From Candidatus Gastranaerophilales bacterium (GTDB lineage: Bacteria; Cyanobacteriota; Vampirovibrionia; Gastranaerophilales; Gastranaerophilaceae), in NCBI GenBank assembly GCA_944327215.1, contig CALVGY010000001.1:1-45787 (forward strand): a stretch of 45,787 bases of DNA, written 5' to 3'. Made by a program: the position numbers and the translations under genes. Below, piece by piece: positions 9,482-19,587 of the stretch; the first letter of the stretch is position 1, and every line of letters begins with the position of its first letter. The notes under the pieces were generated by a model. It had not been told where the DNA came from, made no database searches, and saw nothing but the letters and a program-made list of their open reading frames with translations.

Positions 9482-10504
9482 ATGTCAATAACAATTTTAC
9501 TTTTAATAGCTGTAGTACTTGTAGCTCTGGCATTTGAATTTATAAACGGTTTCCACGATTGCGCTAATGCTATTGCAACAGTAGTTTCTACAAAAGTTTT
9601 ATCCCCAAAACAGGCAGTGTTATTTGGAGCAAGTTTGGAATTTGTAGGAGCATTAACAGGAACTCACGTTGCAAAAACAATAGGTTCAGGAATTGTTAAT
9701 GCTGATATGATTACTTTAACGGTAATCTTTTGTGCTCTATTAGCTGCCGTTATTTGGAATTTGTTTACCTGGTGGCTTGGTTTACCGTCAAGTTCTTCTC
9801 ACGCACTTATCGGCGGTCTTTTAGGAGCTGCAATTGTTAAAGCTGGAGTCGATGTTGTTCATTTTCACACATTGATTGATAAAGTTATTATCCCGATGTT
9901 TACATCACCTGTTTTAGGATTTTGTGTGGGCTTTACATTGATGCTTCTTATTGCTTGGGTAATTCTTATCTTGAGAGAAACTCCACAAACCGTAAACAAA
10001 CAATTCAGAAAGCTTCAACTAATTTCATCCGGTCTAATGGCATTAAGCCACGGTTCAAATGACGCTCAAAAAACTATGGGTATAATTACTCTTGCACTAT
10101 TGGCAGGCGGAGTTTTACATACAAACGCATCGGGCGACTTTGAAATCCCTATTTACGTAATCATTGCCTGCGCATTAACTATGGCAGCAGGAACAATGAA
10201 TGGCGGATGGAAAATTATCAAAACAATGGGACACAAAATTATTAAATTAAAACCAATCCACGGATTTGCAGCTGAAACATCTGCAGCCGGCTTGATTTTA
10301 ACAGCATCACATTTTGGTATCCCTTTGAGTACAACTCACGTAATCTCAACTGCAATTATGGGGGTAGGTTCAACCTTCCACGCTCACGCAGTCAAATGGA
10401 GAATAGTCGGGAATATCGTAATAGCTTGGGTTTTAACTATTCCAACTTGTATGATAATTTCATCAATAATTTATTATTTGATTTATAAAATCATACAACT
10501 ATAG
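9482..10504 (+). CDS. pit: Inorganic phosphate transporter, PiT family
   Basis: NGFHDCANAIAT, GLPSSSSH, HGSNDAQK and GIPLSTTH motifs. Confidence 0.93.
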   Translation: MSITILLLIAVVLVALAFEFINGFHDCANAIATVVSTKVLSPKQAVLFGASLEFVGALTGTHVAKTIGSGIVNADMITLTVIFCALLAAVIWNLFTWWLGLPSSSSHALIGGLLGAAIVKAGVDVVHFHTLIDKVIIPMFTSPVLGFCVGFTLMLLIAWVILILRETPQTVNKQFRKLQLISSGLMALSHGSNDAQKTMGIITLALLAGGVLHTNASGDFEIPIYVIIACALTMAAGTMNGGWKIIKTMGHKIIKLKPIHGFAAETSAAGLILTASHFGIPLSTTHVISTAIMGVGSTFHAHAVKWRIVGNIVIAWVLTIPTCMIISSIIYYLIYKIIQL

Positions 10505-10599
10505 TCTTGCTGAAATCTTTTATCATAACTTGACATATACTAAAAATTCTTATAGTATACAATTGTAATACGATTACCAAAAGATACTATAGGTGATTT

Positions 10600-10941
10600 A
10601 TGGAGTTAAAAGACCTTCCAAAGTGTCCTGTTGAAACGACCTTAAAACTTATTGGGGAAAAATGGAAAATACTTATTATCCGTGATTTGCTCAACGGAAC
10701 CAAGCGTTTTGGAGAATTAAAAAAAGCTTGCAGCGGGATATCACAAAAAGTATTAACAACAAATCTTCGTGCAATGGAAGATGATGGACTTGTCAAAAGA
10801 GAAGTATTCCCACAAGTTCCGCCAAGAGTTGAATACACTCTCACAGATGTAGGCTATAGCCTTGCACCGGTTTTGGATGCAATGGCTAGCTGGGGAACGG
10901 ATTACAAATTGTTCTTGAAACTTTTACAAAAAAGAGGATAA
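10600..10941 (+). CDS. HxlR-family winged-helix regulator
   Basis: CPVETTLKLIGEKWK and PPRVEYTLT motifs. Confidence 0.92.
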   Translation: MELKDLPKCPVETTLKLIGEKWKILIIRDLLNGTKRFGELKKACSGISQKVLTTNLRAMEDDGLVKREVFPQVPPRVEYTLTDVGYSLAPVLDAMASWGTDYKLFLKLLQKRG

Positions 10942-11062
10942 TATTATTATAATTAACCCTATAGGGGAATTTATTATTAAACTTTAAATTATATATAATA
11001 CTTTACATAAAATAGCAAAAAATTATTTTATCAAGTATTATATATGTAGGAGAAATTGTAAG

Positions 11063-11737
11063 ATGAAATTATTAACAGCAATTCAAAAGGCTATACCAAA
11101 TAACAAAGCCTTTGACAGTGTCCATCTGAAGGTCCTTTATGCAAACTCTCATCCTGAAACAAGAGAAGAAGTTATCTATCGCAGAAATGGCAAATCTGTA
11201 GATAAAATAATTGAATTTGATATCCAAACTAATTCAAAAATAAAAACAACTCATTATGATTATTTCAATGACAAAAAAATTCGTTCAATTGATGAATTTG
11301 ACAGAATTACAGGTAAAAAACTTAAAACAATAAATTATGTTTTATACAAATCAATTGATGAATTTGATCCTGAAACAGGGAAAAAATTACGCACAATAAA
11401 TTTTAACGTCAAAGATGAAAACAAAATTTCATCAATACAAGAATACGATCAAGATACAGGCAAAATTGTAACTATTTCAATATACAAACGTGATGGCAAA
11501 ACAGTTAGCATAGTAAAGAAAATAGATCCAGTAACAGAAAAAGTTACAAGCTGGGTTAATAATGCAACCACAGATATAAAGCCAACAACCACACCAGCTA
11601 TCTCATCAAAACCTTCAATTTTCACAAGAAGCTACGACAATATTAAATCAATGGATAACAGAAACAGAGAAGATATTGCAAAATTAATAGATAATCTTTA
11701 TGCTAATAATTTGAAGTTTGAAAATATTAATTATTAA
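11063..11737 (+). CDS. Hypothetical protein with DUF2963-like (E-F/Y-D-x-x-T-G-K) repeats
   Basis: EFDRITGKKLK, EFDPETGKKLR, EYDQDTGKIV; AGGAG RBS. Confidence 0.6.
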   Translation: MKLLTAIQKAIPNNKAFDSVHLKVLYANSHPETREEVIYRRNGKSVDKIIEFDIQTNSKIKTTHYDYFNDKKIRSIDEFDRITGKKLKTINYVLYKSIDEFDPETGKKLRTINFNVKDENKISSIQEYDQDTGKIVTISIYKRDGKTVSIVKKIDPVTEKVTSWVNNATTDIKPTTTPAISSKPSIFTRSYDNIKSMDNRNREDIAKLIDNLYANNLKFENINY

Positions 11738-11752
11738 TCATTAATTAATATA

Positions 11753-12403
11753 TTAAACTTCATCTTCTTCTAAAGCTTCTTTAACAAATCTAACAGGATT
11801 ATCAATAATATACAACAAATCGTCAGGAGATTTGATGTATCTATATTCGTACCTTTCGGAATTTGCGTTGAATAACAACATTCCATAATCCATAATTTTG
11901 CCCATAGTTGTTTGAATTACATCTAAATTTTTTAAATCTTTCAGGGGAATATCAACTTCAACAGGATTTAAAACCCCAATTTTAATATGGACAAATTTTG
12001 TAGTAATAATAATTTTATCGTAAATAAATCTCAAAATCGGATACACAATAGCCGCAAGCAATACAAACACAACCAGCCAGCTAAAAATACTATGAGTATT
12101 TAAAAAAATGTTCCAAAAATAAATAAAAAATACAGGGGTTAAGACAATTGGCCAAAAAAGTGCCATCCAATGTTTTTTGATATCGTACAAAACAAGCTCT
12201 TCCATATCATCAGGTAAAGTTTCTTCGGAAATATCAGCAGCTTTAGTTTCTTTGCTGTAAAGATTATCATAAGCATTTGATAATTCTTTATCATACGTTT
12301 GCGGTTCTTTATCAATTATAACATCCGCGCGTAAGTCGCAACCGCAATATCTGCAAAAATTGTCATTATCTTTAATTTGTTTACCACAATTTGGACAAAA
12401 CAT
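11753..12403 (-). CDS. Zinc-ribbon plus bacterial PH (DUF304-like) membrane protein
   Basis: MFCPNCG...FCRYCG; two TM segments; QTTMGKIMDYG. Confidence 0.75.
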   Translation of the reverse strand: MFCPNCGKQIKDNDNFCRYCGCDLRADVIIDKEPQTYDKELSNAYDNLYSKETKAADISEETLPDDMEELVLYDIKKHWMALFWPIVLTPVFFIYFWNIFLNTHSIFSWLVVFVLLAAIVYPILRFIYDKIIITTKFVHIKIGVLNPVEVDIPLKDLKNLDVIQTTMGKIMDYGMLLFNANSERYEYRYIKSPDDLLYIIDNPVRFVKEALEEDEV

Positions 12404-12475
12404 ATTTACCCCTTCCGTAAGCAAATTCTAGCATATCATTTGACTTTAGTCAATTAGCGGTATACCATTAAAGTT

Positions 12476-13402
12476 ATGATTTCGAAACAAGAACTTTTAA
12501 AATTATATAATACAGGCCTGGATGAACTTTTAAAAATATCATCACAATATATAAAAAATGACATAGAATTTTGCTCGCTTGTAAACGCAAGAAACGGTAA
12601 ATGTTCACAAAATTGCAAATACTGTGCTCAAAGTTCTCACTATAGAACTGATATAGAAACTTATCCGTTAATAGAACTTGAAAAAGTAAAAGCTGCTGCC
12701 ATAGAAGCAAAAAATCATAAAGCCTCAAGATTTGCCATCGTAACTTCTGGCAAAACACCTGATGAAAGTGATTTTGACAAAATTGTTGAAATGATTGAAG
12801 AAGTAAATAAAATCGAAGGACTAAAAAGTTGTGCATCTATAGGGATTTTAAACAAAGAACAGGCAAAAAAATTATCTCAAATAGGCTTAAAAAGATTTCA
12901 TCATAATATAAATACATCAAGGTCATATTACCCTAATGTATGTACCACTCACAGCTGGGATGACAGATTAAACACTTGTAAATTAGTGAAAAAATATGGC
13001 ATGGAACTTTGTTGCGGAGTTATCTTAGGTATGGGAGAGAGCATTGAACAAAGAGTTGAAATGGCACTTGAACTTGCAGAAATTCAACCGGATTCTATTC
13101 CTATCAATATCTTAATGCCAATACCTGAAACACCTTTTGAAAATTATTACGATAAAATTGATGAAGAAAATGTATTGAGAACTCTTGCAATTTTTAAAAT
13201 TGCGAACCCAAATTCAATCCTTCGTTTTTGCGGTGGGAGAATGCGGCTCTCTGATGAAAATCAACGCAAAGCCCTAAATAGTTGTGTAGAAGGATTAATG
13301 GTCGGGAATTATCTGACAACAGTAGGGAAAGCTCCTGAAGAAGATCTCAAAAGAATAATAAAACTTGGTAAAACATTGAAACAAGAATGTAATTTAATTT
13401 AA
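12476..13402 (+). CDS. bioB: Biotin synthase
   Basis: CSQNCKYCAQS radical-SAM motif; HHNINTS; RFCGGR; GNYLTT. Confidence 0.95.
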   Translation: MISKQELLKLYNTGLDELLKISSQYIKNDIEFCSLVNARNGKCSQNCKYCAQSSHYRTDIETYPLIELEKVKAAAIEAKNHKASRFAIVTSGKTPDESDFDKIVEMIEEVNKIEGLKSCASIGILNKEQAKKLSQIGLKRFHHNINTSRSYYPNVCTTHSWDDRLNTCKLVKKYGMELCCGVILGMGESIEQRVEMALELAEIQPDSIPINILMPIPETPFENYYDKIDEENVLRTLAIFKIANPNSILRFCGGRMRLSDENQRKALNSCVEGLMVGNYLTTVGKAPEEDLKRIIKLGKTLKQECNLI

Positions 13403-13408
13403 TTTAAT

Positions 13409-14380
13409 TTAATTTTTTATAACATTTTTATGATTTTTATTATCAAATCTGTCTGCAAGAAAAGTTGAAATGAGTGGTATAAATATATAATAAATACTAC
13501 CGAGAATTAATGAAGGTTTTGCGATTTTTATACCTTCTATATATTTTTCAAGTTTTGGAGAATTTTTATTTGCTTGAGAGAAATTTTTAATAAATTTTCC
13601 CGTTCTTTTTTTAAGTAAAGCACTAATAGCGTAGCCACTTGAAATACACAACCCCGTAGAAATAGCTGCATTATACATTAATGCTTTTTTCCTTGTCTGT
13701 TCAATTTTTTTACTATGAGCCGTTTGTGTGATAAATGCAGTTGTTGCAGCAGCATCAGTTAATGAAATTATATGTTGTTCAAAATTTGTATTATGAAATT
13801 TTTCAGATATTTTTTGTATAAATGAAGTATCTATACATTTTCCTATAAATTTTGAAATTCCAGTAACTCCTGCCCCTTTACCTTTGAAAGATATTGTTTG
13901 ATTTTGTTTTTTGCTATCAACTTTTTTATTAAACAAAAATGACATAAATGGCGGGATCAAAGAACAAGTCATTATAGATTTTGGCACAGCTATTAAAAAG
14001 CCTAAGCCTAATTTAAATAATTGAGTTGCAAACTTGTAACGTCCTGAAGAACGTAAACTTTTTTCACATGCTTTAAGATTTTCTACAGTCGATTTTTTTA
14101 AATATTGATACGGTCTTTTATCAATATTTTTCACAGCTCTTGCAACGGGTGAAGATGCCGCAAGCATTAAAAAATATCCGGTAGCACTTGAGGCAAGAGA
14201 CTTTGCACAGGCATATTTTTTATTCTCCATATCAGTTTTAGGAGTTGCCATAATCGCAATCGGACGAGCCACTGTTGACAGAGTAAGAGAAGCTGTTGCA
14301 ACAAATAATGAGCCGTTATCTGCTGCAAATTCTAATCCTTTTTTTAATATTTTGCTATTATATACCGCCTGTACTTTCAT
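13409..14380 (-). CDS. Hypothetical membrane protein with apparent internal duplication
   Basis: 323-aa basic ORF with several hydrophobic helices. Confidence 0.65.
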   Translation of the reverse strand: MKVQAVYNSKILKKGLEFAADNGSLFVATASLTLSTVARPIAIMATPKTDMENKKYACAKSLASSATGYFLMLAASSPVARAVKNIDKRPYQYLKKSTVENLKACEKSLRSSGRYKFATQLFKLGLGFLIAVPKSIMTCSLIPPFMSFLFNKKVDSKKQNQTISFKGKGAGVTGISKFIGKCIDTSFIQKISEKFHNTNFEQHIISLTDAAATTAFITQTAHSKKIEQTRKKALMYNAAISTGLCISSGYAISALLKKRTGKFIKNFSQANKNSPKLEKYIEGIKIAKPSLILGSIYYIFIPLISTFLADRFDNKNHKNVIKN

Positions 14381-14396
14381 GTAAATTCATTATACA

Positions 14397-15095
14397 ATGC
14401 TCATAATGAAAATTACAGAATTTATCAAAAAAGAATTACAAGGCTGGAAACCCATTGAAATGATAGGTTTAACAATTGTACTTGTGTTTATTTTGATTAA
14501 CACATTTGTATTAAAAGATAATCCCGCAGCAATTACCAACGCAATTTGCGGAATATTATACACAATTATTGCCGGCAAGGGTAAAATTTCCTGCTACTTG
14601 TTCGGATTAACAGGTTCCGTATGTTATATATATCTTTCTTTTATTAATTCCCTATGGGGTAATATGCTTCTTTATCTTTTATATTACATCCCAATGCAAA
14701 TTCTTGGTATTTTTAAATGGAAAAAACATTTAAAAAAAGAGTCAAATGAAATTGCCAAAATAAAATTAAATATAAACCAACGTTTTAAACTTTGTATTAT
14801 AGGTTTTTTAGGATGTATTATTTCTATTATAATTTTACAATACTTTAATGATAAGAGTCCAATAATTGATGGGATTACAACATTTTTATCAATATTAGGG
14901 ATGTACTTGACTGTAAAAAGAGCTATTGAACAATGGGTTGTTTGGATGATTGTCAACGGGCTATCGCTTTTAATGTGGCTGAATTTGGTTATTAACGGAA
15001 CTAAAGCATATTCAACAATATTAATGTGGGGAGTATATTTTATATTAGCTATATACTTTTACATTCAATGGGAAAAAGAATTGAAAAAAATATAA
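14397..15095 (+). CDS. pnuC: PnuC-family vitamin (nicotinamide riboside-type) transporter
   Basis: Multi-TM; GKISCYLFG, PIIDGITT and EQWVVWMIVN motifs. Confidence 0.85.
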   Translation: MLIMKITEFIKKELQGWKPIEMIGLTIVLVFILINTFVLKDNPAAITNAICGILYTIIAGKGKISCYLFGLTGSVCYIYLSFINSLWGNMLLYLLYYIPMQILGIFKWKKHLKKESNEIAKIKLNINQRFKLCIIGFLGCIISIIILQYFNDKSPIIDGITTFLSILGMYLTVKRAIEQWVVWMIVNGLSLLMWLNLVINGTKAYSTILMWGVYFILAIYFYIQWEKELKKI

Positions 15096-15162
15096 TCAAA
15101 AATTTGTTAATACAATTTATTTACATTCAACTTGAAAAGTCTAACCACATACGTTATAATAT

Positions 15163-15230
15163 AAATAACAGTTAAAAATACTGTTTTTTGTTCATTTAGA
15201 ATGGAAAGGGGCGACGAGCCCCTTTTTTTT
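15163..15230 (+). ncRNA. Candidate ~65-nt small RNA
   Basis: TTGAAA (15132) and TATAAT (15153) upstream; AACAGT/ACTGTT hairpin; AGGGGC-gacga-GCCCCT plus T-tract terminator; no ORF. Confidence 0.4.
15204..15230 (+). terminator. Rho-independent terminator
   Basis: GC stem AAAGGGGC/GCCCCTTT followed by a T-run. Confidence 0.8.
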
Positions 15231-15477
15231 GTATATTAATTCAAATTATTTTGTTTTATGACAAACCATAAAAAATTTTGATACTATTCAATAACAACTT
15301 TTCTTATATCTTACAAAACTTATAAATTGAAAAAATACAATACTTGATATAACACTATATTTAAAAAAAGACTTTCTATTCTTATAATTTATAAAATGTT
15401 TTTATATTTTTAACAATTTCATATTTGTAAAATAATTATATAATGCTATAATTAAGGAACAAGGATTGGAGAAAATT

Positions 15478-16500
15478 ATGGGAAAAAATATAGACTGGAG
15501 TAATCTTGGATTTGGCTATATAAAAACAGATTATCGTTTTATTTCAAATTACAAAGATGGCAAATGGGATAATGGAGAATTATCAACAAATTCACAAGTA
15601 GTATTAGAAGAAAGTGCAGGTGTATTACAATATGCTCAAACATGTTTTGAAGGTTTAAAAGCATACAGAACAGTTCATAACAAAATAGTTTGTTTCAGAC
15701 CTGATTTAAATGCCAAAAGAATGTCTGACTCTTGCAAACGTTTAGAAATGCCTGTATATCCTGAAGAAAAATTTGTTGAAGCTGTCGAAAAAGTAGTAAA
15801 AGCAAACGAAGATTATGTACCTCCCTATGGCACAGGTGCAACTTTATATTTACGACCATATATGTTTGGCAGCAATAATGTAATTGGAGTAAAACCCGCT
15901 GATGAATACCAATTTAGAATATTTACAACACCTGTTGGGCCATATTTTAAAGGTGGAGCCAAACCTATTGTTGTAAGAATTTCTGATTTTGACAGAGCAG
16001 CACCTAAAGGAACAGGACATATTAAAGCCGGATTAAATTATGCAATGAGTCTTCACGCTATCATTGATGCTCATAAACAAGGTTTTAATGAAAATATTTA
16101 TCTTGACCCTGCAACAAGAACAAAAATAGAAGAAACAGGTGGTGCAAATATAATATTTGTAACAAAAGATAAAAAGGTTATTACGCCTAAATCAAATACA
16201 ATATTACCTTCTATTACTCGTCGTTCACTAATGTATGTAGCAGAACATTATTTAGGGTTGAAAACAGAAGAACGAGAAATCCACTTAGAAGAATTAAAAG
16301 ATTTTACAGAATGTGCATTATGCGGAACAGCAGCAGTTTTGTCACCTGTAGGTAAAATTGTAGATCACGGGAAAGAAATTGTCCTTCCATCCGGCATGAA
16401 TGAAATGGGAGAAATAACTAAAAACCTTTACGATACTTTAACAGGCATCCAAATGGGGAGAATAGAAGCCCCCAAGGGTTGGATAAAGGTTATTGCTTAA
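15478..16500 (+). CDS. ilvE: Branched-chain amino acid aminotransferase
   Basis: YAQTCFEGLKAY, KAGLNYA, ILPSITR and GTAAV motifs. Alternative TTG start at 15466. Confidence 0.95.
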   Translation: MGKNIDWSNLGFGYIKTDYRFISNYKDGKWDNGELSTNSQVVLEESAGVLQYAQTCFEGLKAYRTVHNKIVCFRPDLNAKRMSDSCKRLEMPVYPEEKFVEAVEKVVKANEDYVPPYGTGATLYLRPYMFGSNNVIGVKPADEYQFRIFTTPVGPYFKGGAKPIVVRISDFDRAAPKGTGHIKAGLNYAMSLHAIIDAHKQGFNENIYLDPATRTKIEETGGANIIFVTKDKKVITPKSNTILPSITRRSLMYVAEHYLGLKTEEREIHLEELKDFTECALCGTAAVLSPVGKIVDHGKEIVLPSGMNEMGEITKNLYDTLTGIQMGRIEAPKGWIKVIA

Positions 16501-16729
16501 ATTAAAAATTTTGCATGGGAAATCAATAGAGCAAAAACAAAAAATTTTAAATAGCTCTTCAATTATAATTATTCATATTATAAATCGTTACATTTATTAA
16601 CTCATTAATAGAGATACAACAATATGTTATTAAAGAATAATGCTTAATTTGATATATATTATTGAAACATATAGCCAAATTTCAATTTTTATGCTATCAT
16701 ATTTAATAATTTATAATGGAGGTAAAAAA

Positions 16730-17551
16730 GTGAAAAACTTGAAAAAAGACATAAAATTATTAACAAATGATAAAATTTCATATTATAAAATACCACATTA
16801 TGCATTTACTTTAGCAGAAGTACTTATTACACTCGGAATAATTGGGGTAGTTGCTGCAATGACAATGCCAACATTAATAAATCAATACCAAGAAAAAGTA
16901 GCAGAAGCAAAAAACAAAAAACTTAAAAGCCTGTTAGCAAATGGTTATAAATTAATGATGGCAAAAGAAGAAGTATTGACATTAAATGAATTGCCAATAA
17001 TGTCAAATTTATATAATCCATCAGTATTATCCTCTGAACATAAAAAAGCATTTCAAATAATTGATGATACAAATTCAAATTTTGATGCATCAACATTACC
17101 AACAGAGTATACTACAAGTGATAACTCAACTTTTAGTTTTAATTGGGAATCATTACCATATATTTTTAGAATTAGTGACGGTTCAGTGTTTGGGATAGAA
17201 CCTATTGATAAACCAGAAAACCCTCCTACTTATGTAATTGCTATTCAAAATAATTTGCAGATAGCTGTAGATACGAATGGTCCGGAAGGTCCTAACAAAG
17301 CAGGACAAGATTTTTTTGGATTTGCTTTATCTGATATTGGTACAGCTATAGATATAACATCAATATATACAGGAGAATGTTCTCCTACAAATCCTAATGG
17401 ATGTCCAAATGCTGAATCTTGCCAGGCATTGAGATTATTTCTTAAAAATGAACATGGTTGTCCTTACGTTCATTATGATGAAGATGGTCAATGTATTATA
17501 GCGTCTTCTATGGGGAATTACCAGTATTGGGGTCCACATTACTGTATGTAA
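16730..17551 (+). CDS. Prepilin-type N-methylation domain (pseudopilin-like) protein
   Basis: AFTLAEVLITLGIIGVVAAMTMP; DTNGPEGPNKAGQDFF; Cys-rich tail; GTG start after GGAGG. Confidence 0.85.
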   Translation: MKNLKKDIKLLTNDKISYYKIPHYAFTLAEVLITLGIIGVVAAMTMPTLINQYQEKVAEAKNKKLKSLLANGYKLMMAKEEVLTLNELPIMSNLYNPSVLSSEHKKAFQIIDDTNSNFDASTLPTEYTTSDNSTFSFNWESLPYIFRISDGSVFGIEPIDKPENPPTYVIAIQNNLQIAVDTNGPEGPNKAGQDFFGFALSDIGTAIDITSIYTGECSPTNPNGCPNAESCQALRLFLKNEHGCPYVHYDEDGQCIIASSMGNYQYWGPHYCM

Positions 17552-17634
17552 AATAACTTTTAGGATATTTTGTATAAACGAAACAATTTTTTAAAATAAT
17601 ATTTTTTATAATACTAAATTCAAAGTGTTTAAAT

Positions 17635-18549
17635 ATGTCTAATTTAATATCAGTTTTAATGCCTGTATATAATGTTAAATCAAGTGAATTAAAAAATTCA
17701 ATAGAAAGTATTTTATCACAGACTTATGATGATTTTGAATTTATCATTATAAATGATGGCTCAACAAATGATGTTGAAGATATTATTTTATCGTATAAAG
17801 ATGAACGTATAAAATATTATAAGAATGATAGTAATCTTAAACTTATTGCAACCTTGAACAAGGGATTAGATGTATGTAACGGGAAGTATATTGCAAGAAT
17901 AGATGCCGATGACTATTCTGTTAAAGAACGACTTGAAACACAATATAAATTTATGGAAAATAATCCGGAAATTGGATTGTCTGGGACGTGGTTTAAAATA
18001 TTTTCAGAAGAAAATGGTTTTGAAGTTAAGACAAATATAAATGATATTCCATTGTGTATACGTTATATCCCAGGGTGTTTACTCCATTCTTCTGCAATGA
18101 TGCGGACATCCGTTTTACGAGAAAACAATATATATTATAATAAGGGATGTATCCATGCTGAAGATTTTAAAATGTGGTCAGATTTAAGCAGAGTTTCTAA
18201 AGTTGCGGTTATACCTGAAATTTTAACATATTATAGAGCTTCTGCGGATGGAATTTGTGCAAACAACAAAAAATGGCAAAACAAAATGCTTCAAATTATT
18301 GCGATTGAAAATATAATTCAAGATTATTCATCAGATAAAGAAACAATGTATTCTATTTTGGTTAAATATGCAAAAGGAACAAACATAAAAAAAGATGAAT
18401 ATAAAATACTTTGTAGTTTGTTAGAAAATTTTATAAAAGATTTGTCTCCTCAACTATCTGATGAATATAAATACAAAATAATAGAGTATTCAAAATCAAT
18501 TCTTAGACATTGTAATATGGAATCAAAAATTATATGGATGAAAAATTAG
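17635..18549 (+). CDS. Glycosyltransferase family 2
   Basis: SVLMPVYN, IINDGST, ARIDADD and AEDF motifs. Confidence 0.92.
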   Translation: MSNLISVLMPVYNVKSSELKNSIESILSQTYDDFEFIIINDGSTNDVEDIILSYKDERIKYYKNDSNLKLIATLNKGLDVCNGKYIARIDADDYSVKERLETQYKFMENNPEIGLSGTWFKIFSEENGFEVKTNINDIPLCIRYIPGCLLHSSAMMRTSVLRENNIYYNKGCIHAEDFKMWSDLSRVSKVAVIPEILTYYRASADGICANNKKWQNKMLQIIAIENIIQDYSSDKETMYSILVKYAKGTNIKKDEYKILCSLLENFIKDLSPQLSDEYKYKIIEYSKSILRHCNMESKIIWMKN

Positions 18550-19433
18550 TCACAGTATTAATGTCAGTATATAATGCTCGCGAGGAAGAATTAAAACAAT
18601 CCATCGAAAGCATTCTTAACCAAACATTTAAGGACTTTGAGTTTATAATAATAAATGATGGTTCAACAAACAATACAGAAGATGTTATTTTATCATACAA
18701 CGATAAACGAATTAGGTATGTAAAAAATGAACGGAATTTAAAAATCATAGACAGTTTAAATAAAGGTTTAAAATTATGTACTGGTAAATACATCGCTCGC
18801 TTAGATGCAGATGATTATAGCGCAGAAACAAGACTAGAAAAACAAGTAAAATATATGGAAGAACATCCAAATGTCGGCGGTCTTGGAACATTTTTTAAAA
18901 GGCTTCATACTGGAGAAGAAATTCAATTGCCAACAGAACCTTCTGATGTAAAGTTATTAACACGCTATGTAAAGGGTTGTATCTCAAATCCTTCTGGGAT
19001 GATACGACGTTCAATCCTTGTCGATAATAACCTTCAATATGAAAAAAATTGTTTACACGCTGAAGATTTCAAGTTTTGGGCAGATTTAACATATTATTCT
19101 GATTTAGCAGTTTTACCTGAAGTCTTAACATATATTAGAAGTCATGAAGATGGTATATCTAAGAGCAATAAACAATATCAGGATAAAATGGTCAAGATAG
19201 TATTATTAGATAATATTATAAGAGATTTTGAATGTGATAAACGATACTTATATTCTATTTTAATAAAATATATACAAAATCAATTTATTACACAAAGAGA
19301 GTTTGAAGATTTTAAAAATCATTTGGATAAAGTAATCACATATGTCGGATTAAGGGTAAACTTGCCTTACAATTTTTGGGTAAAGCCATATATTTATAAT
19401 ATGCTTTCAGAATTTAAAGTAGAAAATATATAA
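18534..19433 (+). CDS. Glycosyltransferase family 2 (tandem paralog)
   Basis: VLMSVYN, IINDGST, ARLDADD and HAEDFK motifs. Confidence 0.92.
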   Translation: MDEKLVTVLMSVYNAREEELKQSIESILNQTFKDFEFIIINDGSTNNTEDVILSYNDKRIRYVKNERNLKIIDSLNKGLKLCTGKYIARLDADDYSAETRLEKQVKYMEEHPNVGGLGTFFKRLHTGEEIQLPTEPSDVKLLTRYVKGCISNPSGMIRRSILVDNNLQYEKNCLHAEDFKFWADLTYYSDLAVLPEVLTYIRSHEDGISKSNKQYQDKMVKIVLLDNIIRDFECDKRYLYSILIKYIQNQFITQREFEDFKNHLDKVITYVGLRVNLPYNFWVKPYIYNMLSEFKVENI

Positions 19434-19587
19434 TCAAAAAGTTATATATCCATATTTAGTAAAAACTTATAAATTATTAATTTCTTATAATTATGAGTGG
19501 GGCAATAGTGGGGAAAAATGGAAATTATATATATTTTTTTATAATCATAGTAGTGCTCAAAGCCTTGTTATACTTAACAAAAAAAAA

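Noticed and set aside
15100..15477. T-box or riboswitch controlling ilvE
   Set aside because: No T-box motif; the terminator is about 250 bp upstream and ilvE has its own -10.
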